Assembly: GCF_006345805.1 (NCBI RefSeq)
Contig: NC_042997.1
Span: 182,838,001-182,902,000, forward strand
Reading direction: 5' to 3'
DNA: 64,000 bases
Origin: Octopus sinensis
Lineage: Eukaryota
The translations under genes were made by a program, and so were the position numbers. Below, in pieces: positions 24,101 to 37,000 of the stretch; position 1 is the first letter of the stretch; every line of letters begins with the position of its first letter. The notes beneath the pieces are model-generated. The model was not told where the DNA came from and did no database searches. It saw only the letters and a list, made by a program, of their open reading frames with translations.

Positions 24101-27100
24101 CCCGGGAAGGCCATCTTCCAGAATTATTAGCCATGATACACCTTGAAAATCTCACACCACTTCCAGCCATTTTATTTACAGTAGGTCATTTAGTTTATCT
24201 GGCTAACAAATTTCCTCGTTAATCATTTAGAAATAGTTAAGAAAAAATTATTATTAAGATTCTGGAAAAAGACTGAAATATTCTTAGATATCCAAACAGG
24301 TATAAAATTATATATTCTTACAAATCATTATCCAGCTGGCAATTTATCCAGACCAACAAGTAAATAACTTTGGTCTTTCAATAATTATGTGTCACAACTT
24401 TACACACCATGACTACAGGTAATAACAGTAGTTTAGTAACTGAGCTTGATCCTGGCTGTTGATAGTTTGTTGTCTGTTCATCCACTCAGCATCTAGTGAT
24501 ATTTATCATTGACTCAATAAGTTCATCTGCCAAAATAGTTCACATTCACCATGCTGCTTCCCATGGTTTTGTAGGAAGTGAGGTTGGCACTGGATGGGTA
24601 CCTCACAATTCCTTTCATAGTCGTGGAAAGGAAAATAGCGGGAACAAGAATCTCCAAACAAATAACAATAATAATTCATTTCGCCTGAATAAGCATTTCA
24701 TCCCTAGACATCGGTAGCCTGGACACCTTGGTGTGCGCAAAGCAGCAGGGCTGGTAGTTAGACACAAAAATACGAAGGCATTTTCACAGACTCTCACCGT
24801 TACTCGCAGTCAGAATTCCAGCTTCACGGAGCTGGTCTAAGTTGCGTCCTGTCTGGTCAGAAGCTGGGGCCGAAGAGAGAGAGGGTGGCGGTCAAGCCTA
24901 GCTGCTGCTGATGTCTGTGCATGCACATAAGGGGCTTCCAGCAGGCCTTCCGGAAGGCCCTAATCCCTTCGCATGCATGGATGAAAATTCCAAAATGGCG
25001 TCTGGAACCAGGTGTCCCTACAATTTCAACATAGTACTACTCAAGTGGTTACCAAGTACTTGGCCTCCAAGGGGCCACTTGTGATTTAGTCTGGGGTTGT
25101 TTATTCTCATATTTAGAACTGACTTCTATTTACAGGCTAATTAACCCATAACTGGGATCCTGACAAATGCTACTACTCTGGGTCACAGAACCTAGGAACA
25201 ATAATGGCTAAGAGATGGTTCCATACTCCTCAAAACCTTGGAACTCCTGGACCAGAGCCCCATTACTGGATGCAGTTTAAAGTCATTTCCAGGACATTCT
25301 TACCATTATTATATGTTGACTCAGTTTCTTTACAATCCAATGGAAAACCCTTTTATTTTCTGTGCTTTTAAAGGAAAACTGTGAATTAGCTGAAACATTG
25401 GAGCCGTGAACAAAATACCTAGCAGCATTTGTTCTGATTCTTTACTGTCTGACCTCAAATTCCATCATCTCTACCTTTCAGCCTTCCAGGGTTGATAAAT
25501 TACTGTCAGAATTGCTAGAGTATTGTCAAAATGCTTTGCACTATTTGTTGTAGCTCTTTACATTCTGAGTATCCTGGCAGATGTGACTAACTCAGGATGG
25601 TGCCTTGTAAAAATACCATAACAAAAGAGTATTTTTACAGAGTATTTTTACAAGCCAACAGGATGGTGTCTTGTAAAAATACCCTAACAAAGTAATAAGA
25701 AACCATCGTTATATTTTCCAAGGAAAATTCCAAGACAAGCATATAGCACTTATCAGTAAAGGTATTTAGAGTCATTCATTAACCTGGTGGCACAGGAAGA
25801 AATGAATAAAGGATATCTTAAAGGAATTAAAAAACATATCTGCTAGAGATCTACTACCAGTAAATTCAAAAGCATAACCCAGTACAATGAACAGTGCTAA
25901 TAATAAGTGCTACTGCTATTATAGTGAGGGTACTTAGCCTTGAGGTTTGGGTGTTGAACCCATGATTGTTAGATCATGGATTTTATTTTTGGACTGGAAC
26001 AAGGTACATCTTATGTTGTCCCAATCCACTCGATTGCAAACAAATACCATCAGCAGTAGCTGGTGTCTAATTCAGTGATGGATCTCCCATTCAAAAAGAC
26101 ATCCTGTGCTCTCAGTTATTTAAATGCTGTAGACGCTAATAGGCCAGAGTTTATCCTATTTCCATGTCATTTAAGTGGCTCAGAGTACAAAACTTCTGCC
26201 TTAATGGGATGACAGTCCATCACAGGGTCACGCCCTCCACCCCACCAGCTATTGTTTGTACACATTTGCTTGTAGACCTCAAAGCAGATATAACTGTTAT
26301 AATTGCATGCCATTTGCATGCCATTTAAAATTCTTCAAACTACATCGAGAATATATCGCAGTATAATTCTTCAACCACTTATCCTTGCTAACAGAACAAT
26401 TAAAAGATGAAACCTAATTACGGCAGATATTTAATTTCTTCCATTATTAATACATGTTTAATTACATTTCATAATATTGCCGTTATTTAAAATAAACTCA
26501 TTAAATATCCAGGCTACCGCTGTACACTTTCATCATGTGCTTCGTTGAATCTATCCTTCTCACCAAATTAATGACAGCAGCTGTTAGTGTCAAAGATTTT
26601 AGAGCAGAAACAGGAGATTGTTATGTTCATGACACTGCCAACAGCATTAACCCTTTCGTTACCAACCCGGCTGAAACCAGCTCTGGCTCTGTAGTATAAA
26701 TGTCTTGTTTTCATAAATTTTGAATTAAAATCTTCCACCAAACTTTAGTCGAAATTTATGTTCCTAACACTAGCTGAATGTTAGCTAAGTTATTTTGCTA
26801 AATTCTTTGTTATATTTAAAGTAATTGAAAGAAACACTGAGCATCTCAAAATAAATACAGTAATGAAAGGGTTAAATATGTGATTGAAATGAAAAAGTTC
26901 CAACCAGAATCCCTATAATTGGCTTACAACAAAATTGAAGTCCAACCTAAGGCACACTTCATGTATTTGAACACATTATTGTAGTAAATATTTTCAACAC
27001 TTGAATCATTATAAAAATTTATCTAACGTATTTTTCAAATTTGATATGGAGAAAATCATGAACATTCAAAGCTATGAGCTAATTCTTATATAAATATAAT

Positions 27101-27647
27101 TCTCTTTATCAGAATTTATTCATATCTTCTGTACTTAATCAATAATTTCTTTCTCAAATTTTCTATTGTTTAGGGAACCCTGTCGTTGTGCATGCTAGTC
27201 TCTGATGATGTACTGGCATTGATTAACTATGTCAGTTTTGTCCAATGGCTCTCAGTGGGGCTCTCCATTTTTGCCCTCGTTTATTTGCGATACACAAAGC
27301 CTAATCTACCAAGACCTTTAAAGGTAAGTTTCAGTCATGAACCTTTCTGTAGTTAATATGGAGTGTTGTTTTCTATTATATAAAGCACCCATGCATTTAA
27401 ATGACATTTGAAACTTTGAAATTTAATATCTAGTGTAATATACTCTTACTCTCTCTTTTACTCTTTTACTTGTTGCAGTCATTTGACTGCGGCCATGCTG
27501 GAGCACCGCCTTTAGTCGAGCAAATCGACCCCGGGACTTATTCTTTGTAAGCCCAGTACTTATTCTATCGGTCTCTTTTGCCGAACCGCTAAGTGACGGG
27601 GACCTAAACACACCAGCATCGGTTGTCAAGCAATGCTAGGGGGACAA

Positions 27648-27680
<33 letters not shown>

Positions 27681-29459
27681 CACATATACGACAGGCTTCT
27701 TTCAGTTTCCGTCTACCAAATCCACTCACAAGGCATTGGTCGGCCCGGGGCTATAGCAGAAGACACTTGCCTAAGATTCCACGCAGTGGGACTGAACCCG
27801 GAACCATGTGGTTGGTTAGCAAGCTACTTACCACACAGCCACTCCTGTGCCTATGGTCATAATATATGGTCATAAATTGTCTTTCATGTTCTATGCCAGT
27901 TCTATGCTAGTTCTAAAATCTCTAAATGTTACCATCTATAACAATTATTGAAGTTAAAAATTTCTTTCTCTATAGTGATGAATAAACTGGAATTGAACAA
28001 TAAATATGTCAATTGTCTTTCATTATGTTCTATGCCAGTTTAGTTTCTCAAATTCCTTCAGTTCGTCATTTTGTTATAATTCTATTCACTTTTAGGATGC
28101 ATTATAAGAATATAAATCAGCTACTGTACTTTTTCTTTTACATACTGACTCTGGAAGGAGGGACAGGGCCCATAATCTTTATAGGCCTTGAGTGACCAAT
28201 GAATCTGACACTGTTAATATTCCATTTAAATTGTTGCCAGCCAAAACCTGCAGGAAAGACATGAGCAGGGAGAAGATTCCATAAGGTTGATATTCTGGGA
28301 AGGACAGTGCTTAGTGGTTAGTGTAGGAGTTGGTGGTTGGGGAGTAAACTGAATGTAACAGGGGTGATGAGAAGTGACGAGATGAGTGGTTTGGGGTGCC
28401 TAACTGTGGGAGGTATAAGGCGGCGAGCTGGCAGAATCATTAGCACGTCGGGCGAAATGCTTAGCAGTATTTCAGCTGCCGTTACGTTGTGAGTTCAAAT
28501 TCCGCCGAGGTCGACTTTGCCTTTCATCCTTTCGGGGTCGATAAATTAAGTACCAGTTAAGCACTGAGGTCGATATAATCGACTTAATACCTATGTCTGT
28601 CCATGTTTGTCCCCTCTATGTTTAGCCCCTTGTGAGTAATAAAGAAATAGGCCAGCCAACTCCAAGGAACAGAGGCTATTATAATAGTAATAGAAAAGAC
28701 AAAAAAAGAGACGGCACACCTGTGGGCTAGAGATTGGAGCATGTTTGTTAGTGCACTCAATATGATAAATCTCTGCATGTAAAACCATACTACCATCAAT
28801 CTATTTCTGTATATGCAGCTCATTATGTTTGTCTGGAGTGAATAGGTGAGATAATATTTTTAGGATGTTGTTATAATGCACTCTGAGGTGTTATATACAT
28901 GTCTTTATGTTTTGAAGTAGAATTTTTTCATGTTGTGACAAAGGTCGCCAACTGTCAGGGCTAGAGTTTGCTGCAACAAGCTCTGTTCCAGATGGGCTTT
29001 CATTTTCAGTATTTATATTTGTTGTGTATATATTTGGTCTCTGAATGTGATCTGCAGACAACTTGTGATGATACATTGTTTACTGCTCTGAGTAAATTGT
29101 GGGGTATTTGGGGGTGGGGTTGCAGAAAGTTTGGGGCTTCAGGCAAGACTAGCATAATCATTGATAGATTTAATGTATTACTGTTGGTTGTTTGTCACTA
29201 AGAATGAAGATAATGGATTTGGTAGATACAACTTTGTCAAGCCTTGGCATGATTTTTGTGGTTAAAATGTTCATTTTGCAAACATGTTATTACAGATTCA
29301 ATTCCAGCATCTTGAGCAAGTGTCTTCCTAACATAGCCATGAGTTGTCTAAGACCTTGTGAATAAAATTTTGCTGATAGAAACTGCGTAAAAGTCCATCA
29401 AACACACATGCTTATGTATGTGTGATGTGTGTGTGTGTGAGTGTGTGTTTGTGTGTGTG

Positions 29460-29494
<35 letters not shown>

Positions 29495-32214
29495 TGTGTG
29501 TGTGTGTGTGTCTGTGTGTGTGTGTGTGTGTATGTGTGCGCATGCCCATACATGCATGCATGTATGTATATATCTTTTGCCAATGTATAACAACAGAACT
29601 AGTGTCTGACCTCTTAGAAATTTGTAGCCAATGATGTTGTTGTTCCCAAAATCTCTATATATATAAACCTGAAGTTGTCTGTGTATGCCAGGTTTGGTAG
29701 CCTTCAACTAACACTATTTCCTCCGAGACCCTGCGGTGCAAGTTGACCAAAATTGAGAGTATGATAGAAGAAGGCTTGCTCTTCCGTAGAATAAAAAATT
29801 TTAATCTGACCATGTTAACACCAAAAATTATTTACATCAAAAAGGTGCTTTTTTTCTATGAAGATCCCATTTTTTAAACTATTTTTTGACTGCTGTGTCG
29901 CCATCTTTTGGTGTATTTCAACCAGAAAAATGTTCACTTAAAGAGAATAACAAGCTACATAATGCAAAAGTTTTACTTTTCATAAATTCCAATTCTAAAG
30001 GGTCAAAACAAACCCGAGCAACACCGGGCGATACTGCTAGTGTAACATAAAGCAAGAAAAGAATAGACTAAATCTCTTGTTTTGAAGTCAGGTCTCTATG
30101 TGTGATAAATTCAGTGTAGGAGTTGTTGTGTGAAAGTATCAGAAGAAATAGTAGCAAGATGCAAGTTTGATATCATCTATGTATAAAACTATGTATATTT
30201 TGAAGAGGTATTGGAAGATCATGTAGGTAAAAAGGTTGAAAAGAAAGGGTGAGATAGCAGGTACTTATTATACCCCATTCAGATGATAGCAAGGTGGAAT
30301 TGCAAGTACTGGAAGTGGAGCTTTTGTGTATAGCACATAGACTTCATGAGCAGACAGCCAACAGCGGCAGCAATGGTGGTGGTGGCAGCATCAATGGTGG
30401 TGGTGGTGGTGGTCTCAGTAGTAGGTGGGTTGTTATGTTATAATTGCTGGTTATGAAATAATAATGCTGTAGATTTGGTTGTTGTCATAATGATGATGAT
30501 GATGATGATAATAATAATAATGATAATGATAACAACAACAACAACAACAACAATAATAATAATAATATAATAATAATAATAATAACATATTAAAGCATGG
30601 CAGTAGCCCAACATGTTGTGTATGTCAACAACAAAACGAAACCATTGATCATGTTGTCTCCAAGTACAGTCTTCTTGTGCCTACAGAGTATCTCAACAGG
30701 CATGATAGAGCTGCACAATTTATTCACTGGGTAATTTGCAAACGCCTGGACTTGCCCCGTGATAAAAACTGGTGGGAACACAAAACCACCTTCAGTGCTT
30801 GAAAATGATCACATCTCATTCCTCTGGAACTTCACCATTCAAACTGACAGAAATATAGATACAAATAGGCCAGACATCATATTGAAAGACTTCAGACAAA
30901 GAACATGCCTCCTCATTGATATGACTGTCCCAACCGATATATACATATCTGTCAAGACCTACCAAAAACTGAGCAAATATAAATATCTTGAAATAGAAAT
31001 CAGCAAAATGTGGAAGCTGAAGACTAAAACAATACCTGTTGTCATAGGTGCCCTGGGAATGATAGCAAAAGGGGTTGATTGCTACCTAGCTCAGATACCA
31101 GGAAACCCCCAAATGGCAGAAATTCAAAAGATAGTGCTCATGGGAACTGCCCATATCCTAAGCAAAATACTTTCTATATAATCTCAAATTTTAAAACAAA
31201 CACTTAATTTTCTTATGGTTTCTTAAGCATTCTCTAGAACAACACTATGTACAAAAACCAAATATATGGCACCCTAGATATAACACCAACATGAACTTCT
31301 AACTTATATCTTGAGGTCTCTGGGTGAGACTTGAAGCCAACTTGTACAAATGTAAAGCAAAAGTCAAACAAAGAATAATAATAATAATAATAAAATAATA
31401 ATAATAATAATAACATATTAAAGCATGGCAGTAGCCCAACATGTTGTGTATGTCAACAACAAAACGAAACCATTGATCATGTTGTCTCCAAGTACAGTCT
31501 TCTTGTGCCTACAGAGTATCTCAACAGGCATGATAGAGCTGCACAATTTATTCACTGGGTAATTTGCAAACGCCTGGACTTGCCCCGTGATAAAAACTGG
31601 TGGGAACACAAAACCACCTTCAGTGCTTGAAAATGATCACATCTCATTCCTCTGGAACTTCACCATTCAAACTGACAGAAATATAGATACAAATAGGCCA
31701 GACATCATATTGAAAGACTTCAGACAAAGAACATGCCTCCTCATTGATATGACTGTCCCAACCGATATATACATATCTGTCAAGACCTACCAAAAACTGA
31801 GCAAATATAAATATCTTGAAATAGAAATCAGCAAAATGTGGAAGCTGAAGACTAAAACAATACCTGTTGTCATAGGTGCCCTGGGAATGATAGCAAAAGG
31901 GGTTGATTGCTACCTAGCTCAGATACCAGGAAACCCCCAAATGGCAGAAATTCAAAAGATAGTGCTCATGGGAACTGCCCATATCCTAAGCAAAATACTT
32001 TCTATATAATCTCAAATTTTAAAACAAACACTTAATTTTCTTATGGTTTCTTAAGCATTCTCTAGAACAACACTATGTACAAAAACCAAATATATGGCAC
32101 CCTAGATATAACACCAACATGAACTTCTAACTTATATCTTGAGGTCTCTGGGTGAGACTTGAAGCCAACTTGTACAAATGTAAAGCAAAAGTCAAACAAA
32201 GAATAATAATAATA

Positions 32215-32275
<61 letters not shown>

Positions 32276-32852
32276 AAAAGAGATATATATGTGTAAGGGT
32301 GAGAGCAAGAAAATAAGAATGAACATAAAATGTAAAACATTTCAAAGGACTTGCCAATCTTTTGCTGTCAGTTTTACGCTTTTTTAAAACTGTATACATG
32401 CGTATGTGTGTGTGTGTATGTATGCTTTGTGCAGCTATATATACAATATATACAATGTATGCATAGCACAATGTTAAAGGAAATAGGAAGAAAGAGCCGT
32501 TTGTTTCTTTATTAACTTTTACATTGGTTTTTGTACTTCTGCATAAAAAGAAATCTTTTCATAAAGAAAATGGAGACACATATTTATTGTTCAATTCCAG
32601 TTTATTCATCACTATAGAGAAAGAAAATTTTAACTTCAGTAATTGTTATAGCTGGTAACATTTAGAAATTTTAGAACTAGCTATTTTGCTCATTAATTGT
32701 TATAGTGTTTTTGCAATAGAAATGAAAACACTTGATTGAGTAAATAAGACAGCAGTTGAGTTTCTCTGTGTGTGTGTGTGTGTGTATAAGTATATAAATA
32801 TATATATATACACACATACTTACATACATAGATGCATATATATATACATGTG

Positions 32853-32885
<33 letters not shown>

Positions 32886-32956
32886 TATATATATATATAT
32901 AGATATATAGATATATATATATATATATAGATATATAGATATATATATAGATATAT

Positions 32957-33006
<50 letters not shown>

Positions 33007-33569
33007 TATTCAAAGGAATTCCAACTCTGTCTGTGTTTTATGTTTTATTTATATTCTTATAATATTAATGTAGGATATAGAATATATCATATCTATAAAA
33101 GGCATGATGTGAGTGCGCGCGCGTGTGTGTGTGTGTACGTGATTGTAATTTATGCACGTCCACAAATTAGCACACATGTCACTCCAATTTTAGGACATTC
33201 GTCAACACCCTACCTGGGTTTTGTTAACTTATTTTTTCCCCCGAGGCACCTGTGGATACAGGTAAAAATCTATTTTCAGCAATATTTTTTAGCCATAAAA
33301 AATATCAGCCATAGCTTTTTGACGTCGTCTAACAAAAAAAAATACGATAAAGAAAAGTGGGAGAGAAGCAGAGTTTCATGGGGTCTAAACAAAAAAAAGA
33401 GAAAGACAAAGTGAGAGAGAGATAGAGGGAGAGAGAGAAAGAGTAAGTGACGACATTCATAAAAAATATCAGCCATAGCTCTTTGACAGCATCTAACAAA
33501 AAAATAAGATAAAGAAAAGTGGAAGAGAAGCAGAGTTTCACGGTGTCTAAACAAAAAAAAAGGGAAAGA

Positions 33570-33610
<41 letters not shown>

Positions 33611-33821
33611 AGAGAGAGACGTAAGTATTGATTGTCTTATTAAATAGATGAAATATTGAATATCAAATATTAAAGGACTGGTATACTTTCTAGCATTTAA
33701 GCAGTCTTCAAGGTCCCAGGTTGTGACAGGAATTAATAAGAATATAAATAAAACATAAAAAACAGAGTTGGAATTCCTTTGAATGATATATATCCTTCTA
33801 TACACAATCATACAAACCCCT

Positions 33822-33901
<80 letters not shown>

Positions 33902-34039
33902 TAAATGGATAAATATTCGAAAATATTTATATATATATTATTATTATAATTATCATTAATGAAATGTATGATAACAACAATAATATAGGTGGCTGACATG
34001 CAAAAGCCAATAAATGGCAAATCCAAAATTCTATAGTTA

Positions 34040-34090
<51 letters not shown>

Positions 34091-37000
34091 AAGTAAAGGC
34101 TTGTGGCTTGGTGGTTAGTGTACAGCACTTACAATAGTGAGATCATGATTTTGAATCCCCAGACCAAGCAGTAGGTTGTGTTCTTGAGCAAAACACTTCA
34201 TTTCATGTTGCTCAGCAATCATTTCAACATCTGACATGTGGTACACTATGCACCTACAATATGATTGAGGGAGTGAGTTAATGTAATGGACAAACATTTG
34301 ACCGCTATGAATAAATCATCTGTGTAGGTCTTTCTGCAGGAAGTTGTCCTCATTTGTCATTTACTACAGTATAGACCACCATATATATATATAGGTGCAG
34401 GAGTGGCTGTGTGGTAAGAAGCTTGCTTCCAAACCACATGGTTCTGAGTTCAGTCCCACTGCATGGCACCTTAGGCAAGTGTCTTCTACTATAGCCTTGT
34501 GCCAACCAAAGCCTTATGAGTGGATTTGGTAGACAGAAACTGAATGAAGCCTGTTGTATATATATATATGTATGTAGTTGTGTATCTGTGTTTGTCCCAC
34601 CATCATCACTTGACAACCAATGTTGGTGTGTTTACATCCCCATAACTTAGCAGTTCAGCAAAAGAGACCTGTAGAATAAGTACTAGGCTTACAAAGAATA
34701 AGTCCTGGGGTCGATTTATTCAACTAAAGGCGGTGCTCCAGCATGGCTACAGTCAAATGACCGAAACAAGTGAAAGAATATATATATTAACTGGAAATGT
34801 TTCACAGCTAAATAAGCAGTCAAAAGTTCTCTACTGAAGGTGCTATACCTTGACTCTGCTAGTTTGAGGCATTTGGAAAAAAAAAGAAAGTGATTGCCAA
34901 GCATTTAGAACAAACTGTTGCAAAATTCCACTAATTCCTACACCCGATCTATCAGCCATTAATGATAAGGGTGCATCTGGAACAGGGTGAGCCAAAAGCA
35001 TAACTCTTGATAGCTTGTCCTTAATATCCTCAAAAGCTTTTAGTTGAGTAGAATTTAATGATATCAGCTCATTTTTTTTTTTTATTATGTAAAAGTTCTA
35101 TGATGGGGAAAATTGTTTGAGTGCAATGTGGAATGAATTTTCTATAGAAGTTAATCAAACCGAGAAATTCTCGTAACTTTGTTACAGAAGAAGGTACTGG
35201 AATATCATGAATAGCATCAAACTTATCCTGTAATGGACATATTCCATCTTTATCAATTACATGTCTCAGAAAAGTGATGGGAGAAACACCAAAACCAGAT
35301 TTATTTGCATTAATTATTCAGCATGTTAGAGGTTGATTGCTTTAAAGTAAGAATTGGATATATTGATAAAAGATAAAATGTCTAAATATCTGAGACAATG
35401 TATTGTTAATACAATTATTATTTTACAGACAAATAACCTTATTTTTAGAGATGAAATTATACTTTAATAAATTGGTATATGTATGGTGAACACTCAAAAT
35501 GATGACTCACATATTTATTCTAAATACATTCCAAAAGATTGAGCACCTTTTCAAACTCCACTTGTCTAACACCCATGAACATGTTTACGAAGTTAGAAAA
35601 CAGCACAGCTCCCATGACTTTCGGAAACATTTTTACATGCTAAGAGTTGCTGAAGCATGGAATAGACTGCCGGCATCAGTTGTTAGTTGTCAGAGTACTG
35701 CATCCTTCAAAACTTCCATGCTTCCTGAGATTCGCCAACACTACACCTGATTTTCTCCCCTCCATACACATGCAAGCATGTATCTGACTCATACACTGTT
35801 CACTTTCCAGGTATTTGTACATTACTGCATATGCTCTTTATACACATTTTTGACAAGTTGTGGTGCACCTGAGCACTGTATACAATAATTTCATTATTAT
35901 TATTATTATTATTATAGGAATATACTAATCACTGTTCTGTTCATCACAGAAGAGCTTCTTCTTTACAACAAGTATGTTCATAGCACACTTGATTCATTAG
36001 TACAATGGAATCTGGGACACCTATGTTTTGACATGTGGTATCTCATCATGCGCTGAAGCACCCCAGACCAAAGAACCTAACTACAGCTATAGCCCTGTTT
36101 ATGATTTCAGTGAAAAATACTTTAATATTTACATCTACTCTACAGTTTGATCTTTGATTGTCACCAATTATTATATTTCCGTATGTGTGCATAGCACCAT
36201 ACTGGATTCAGAATTAGATTCAGGAATATCTTTGATGATAGATCTATTCAGTCAGTTCTGATAATAGTAAATATGCTTCTTTTTTTTACATAAAAATGTT
36301 CACCATAAAAGGTGGGGGGTTTTTTCATGTGTAAAAATTCTTTGTAGATAACTTACTTTCAATAACTAACTAAAATATCATTGACCTAACTTAAAACATA
36401 CAAAGAAAAATTCTATGTAATTTTTTTTTAATTGTTTCTGGTATTGAATAATCATTACACAATAAAATCTGTTGTAAATTACATTTGTTTTCCCTATTAT
36501 CATAATTTTTTCCATACTGGATTCAGAATTAGATTCAGGAATATCTTTGATGATAGATCTATTCAGTCAGTTCTGATAATAGTAAATATGCTTCTTTTTT
36601 TTACATAAAAATGTTCACCATAAAAGGTGGGGGTTTTTTTCATGTGTAAAAATTCTTTGTAGTTAACTTACTTTCAATAACTAACTAAAATATCATTGAC
36701 CTAACTTAAAACATACAAAGAAAAATTCTATGTAATTTTTTTTTTAATTGTTTCTGGTATTGAATAATCATTACACAATAAAATCTGTTGTAAATTACAT
36801 TTGTTTTCCCTATTATCATAATTTTTTTAATAAAAGAAAATGAAACAATTTCCCTTTTGAAAACCTTGCCTGGCTTATAATAGAAGTTTCAAAGTGAAAT
36901 GTTATTCAAAAATATTCCATTTAAAAGTACACTATTATACAAACAAATGACAACCATGCATACAAAAAATTCCTTTCATAACAATTGCATATATTTATTT

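Noticed and set aside
27623-27862. Recurrent ORF ending ..[18 protein letters not shown].. (also 34350, 38987, 54688, 56460)
   Set aside because: Antisense translation of the family A SINE, not a gene family.
30759-31181. 140-aa PD-(D/E)xK nuclease ORF as a stand-alone or domesticated gene
   Set aside because: It is the frameshifted, 5'-truncated end of a Dong/R4 LINE with no true ATG start.
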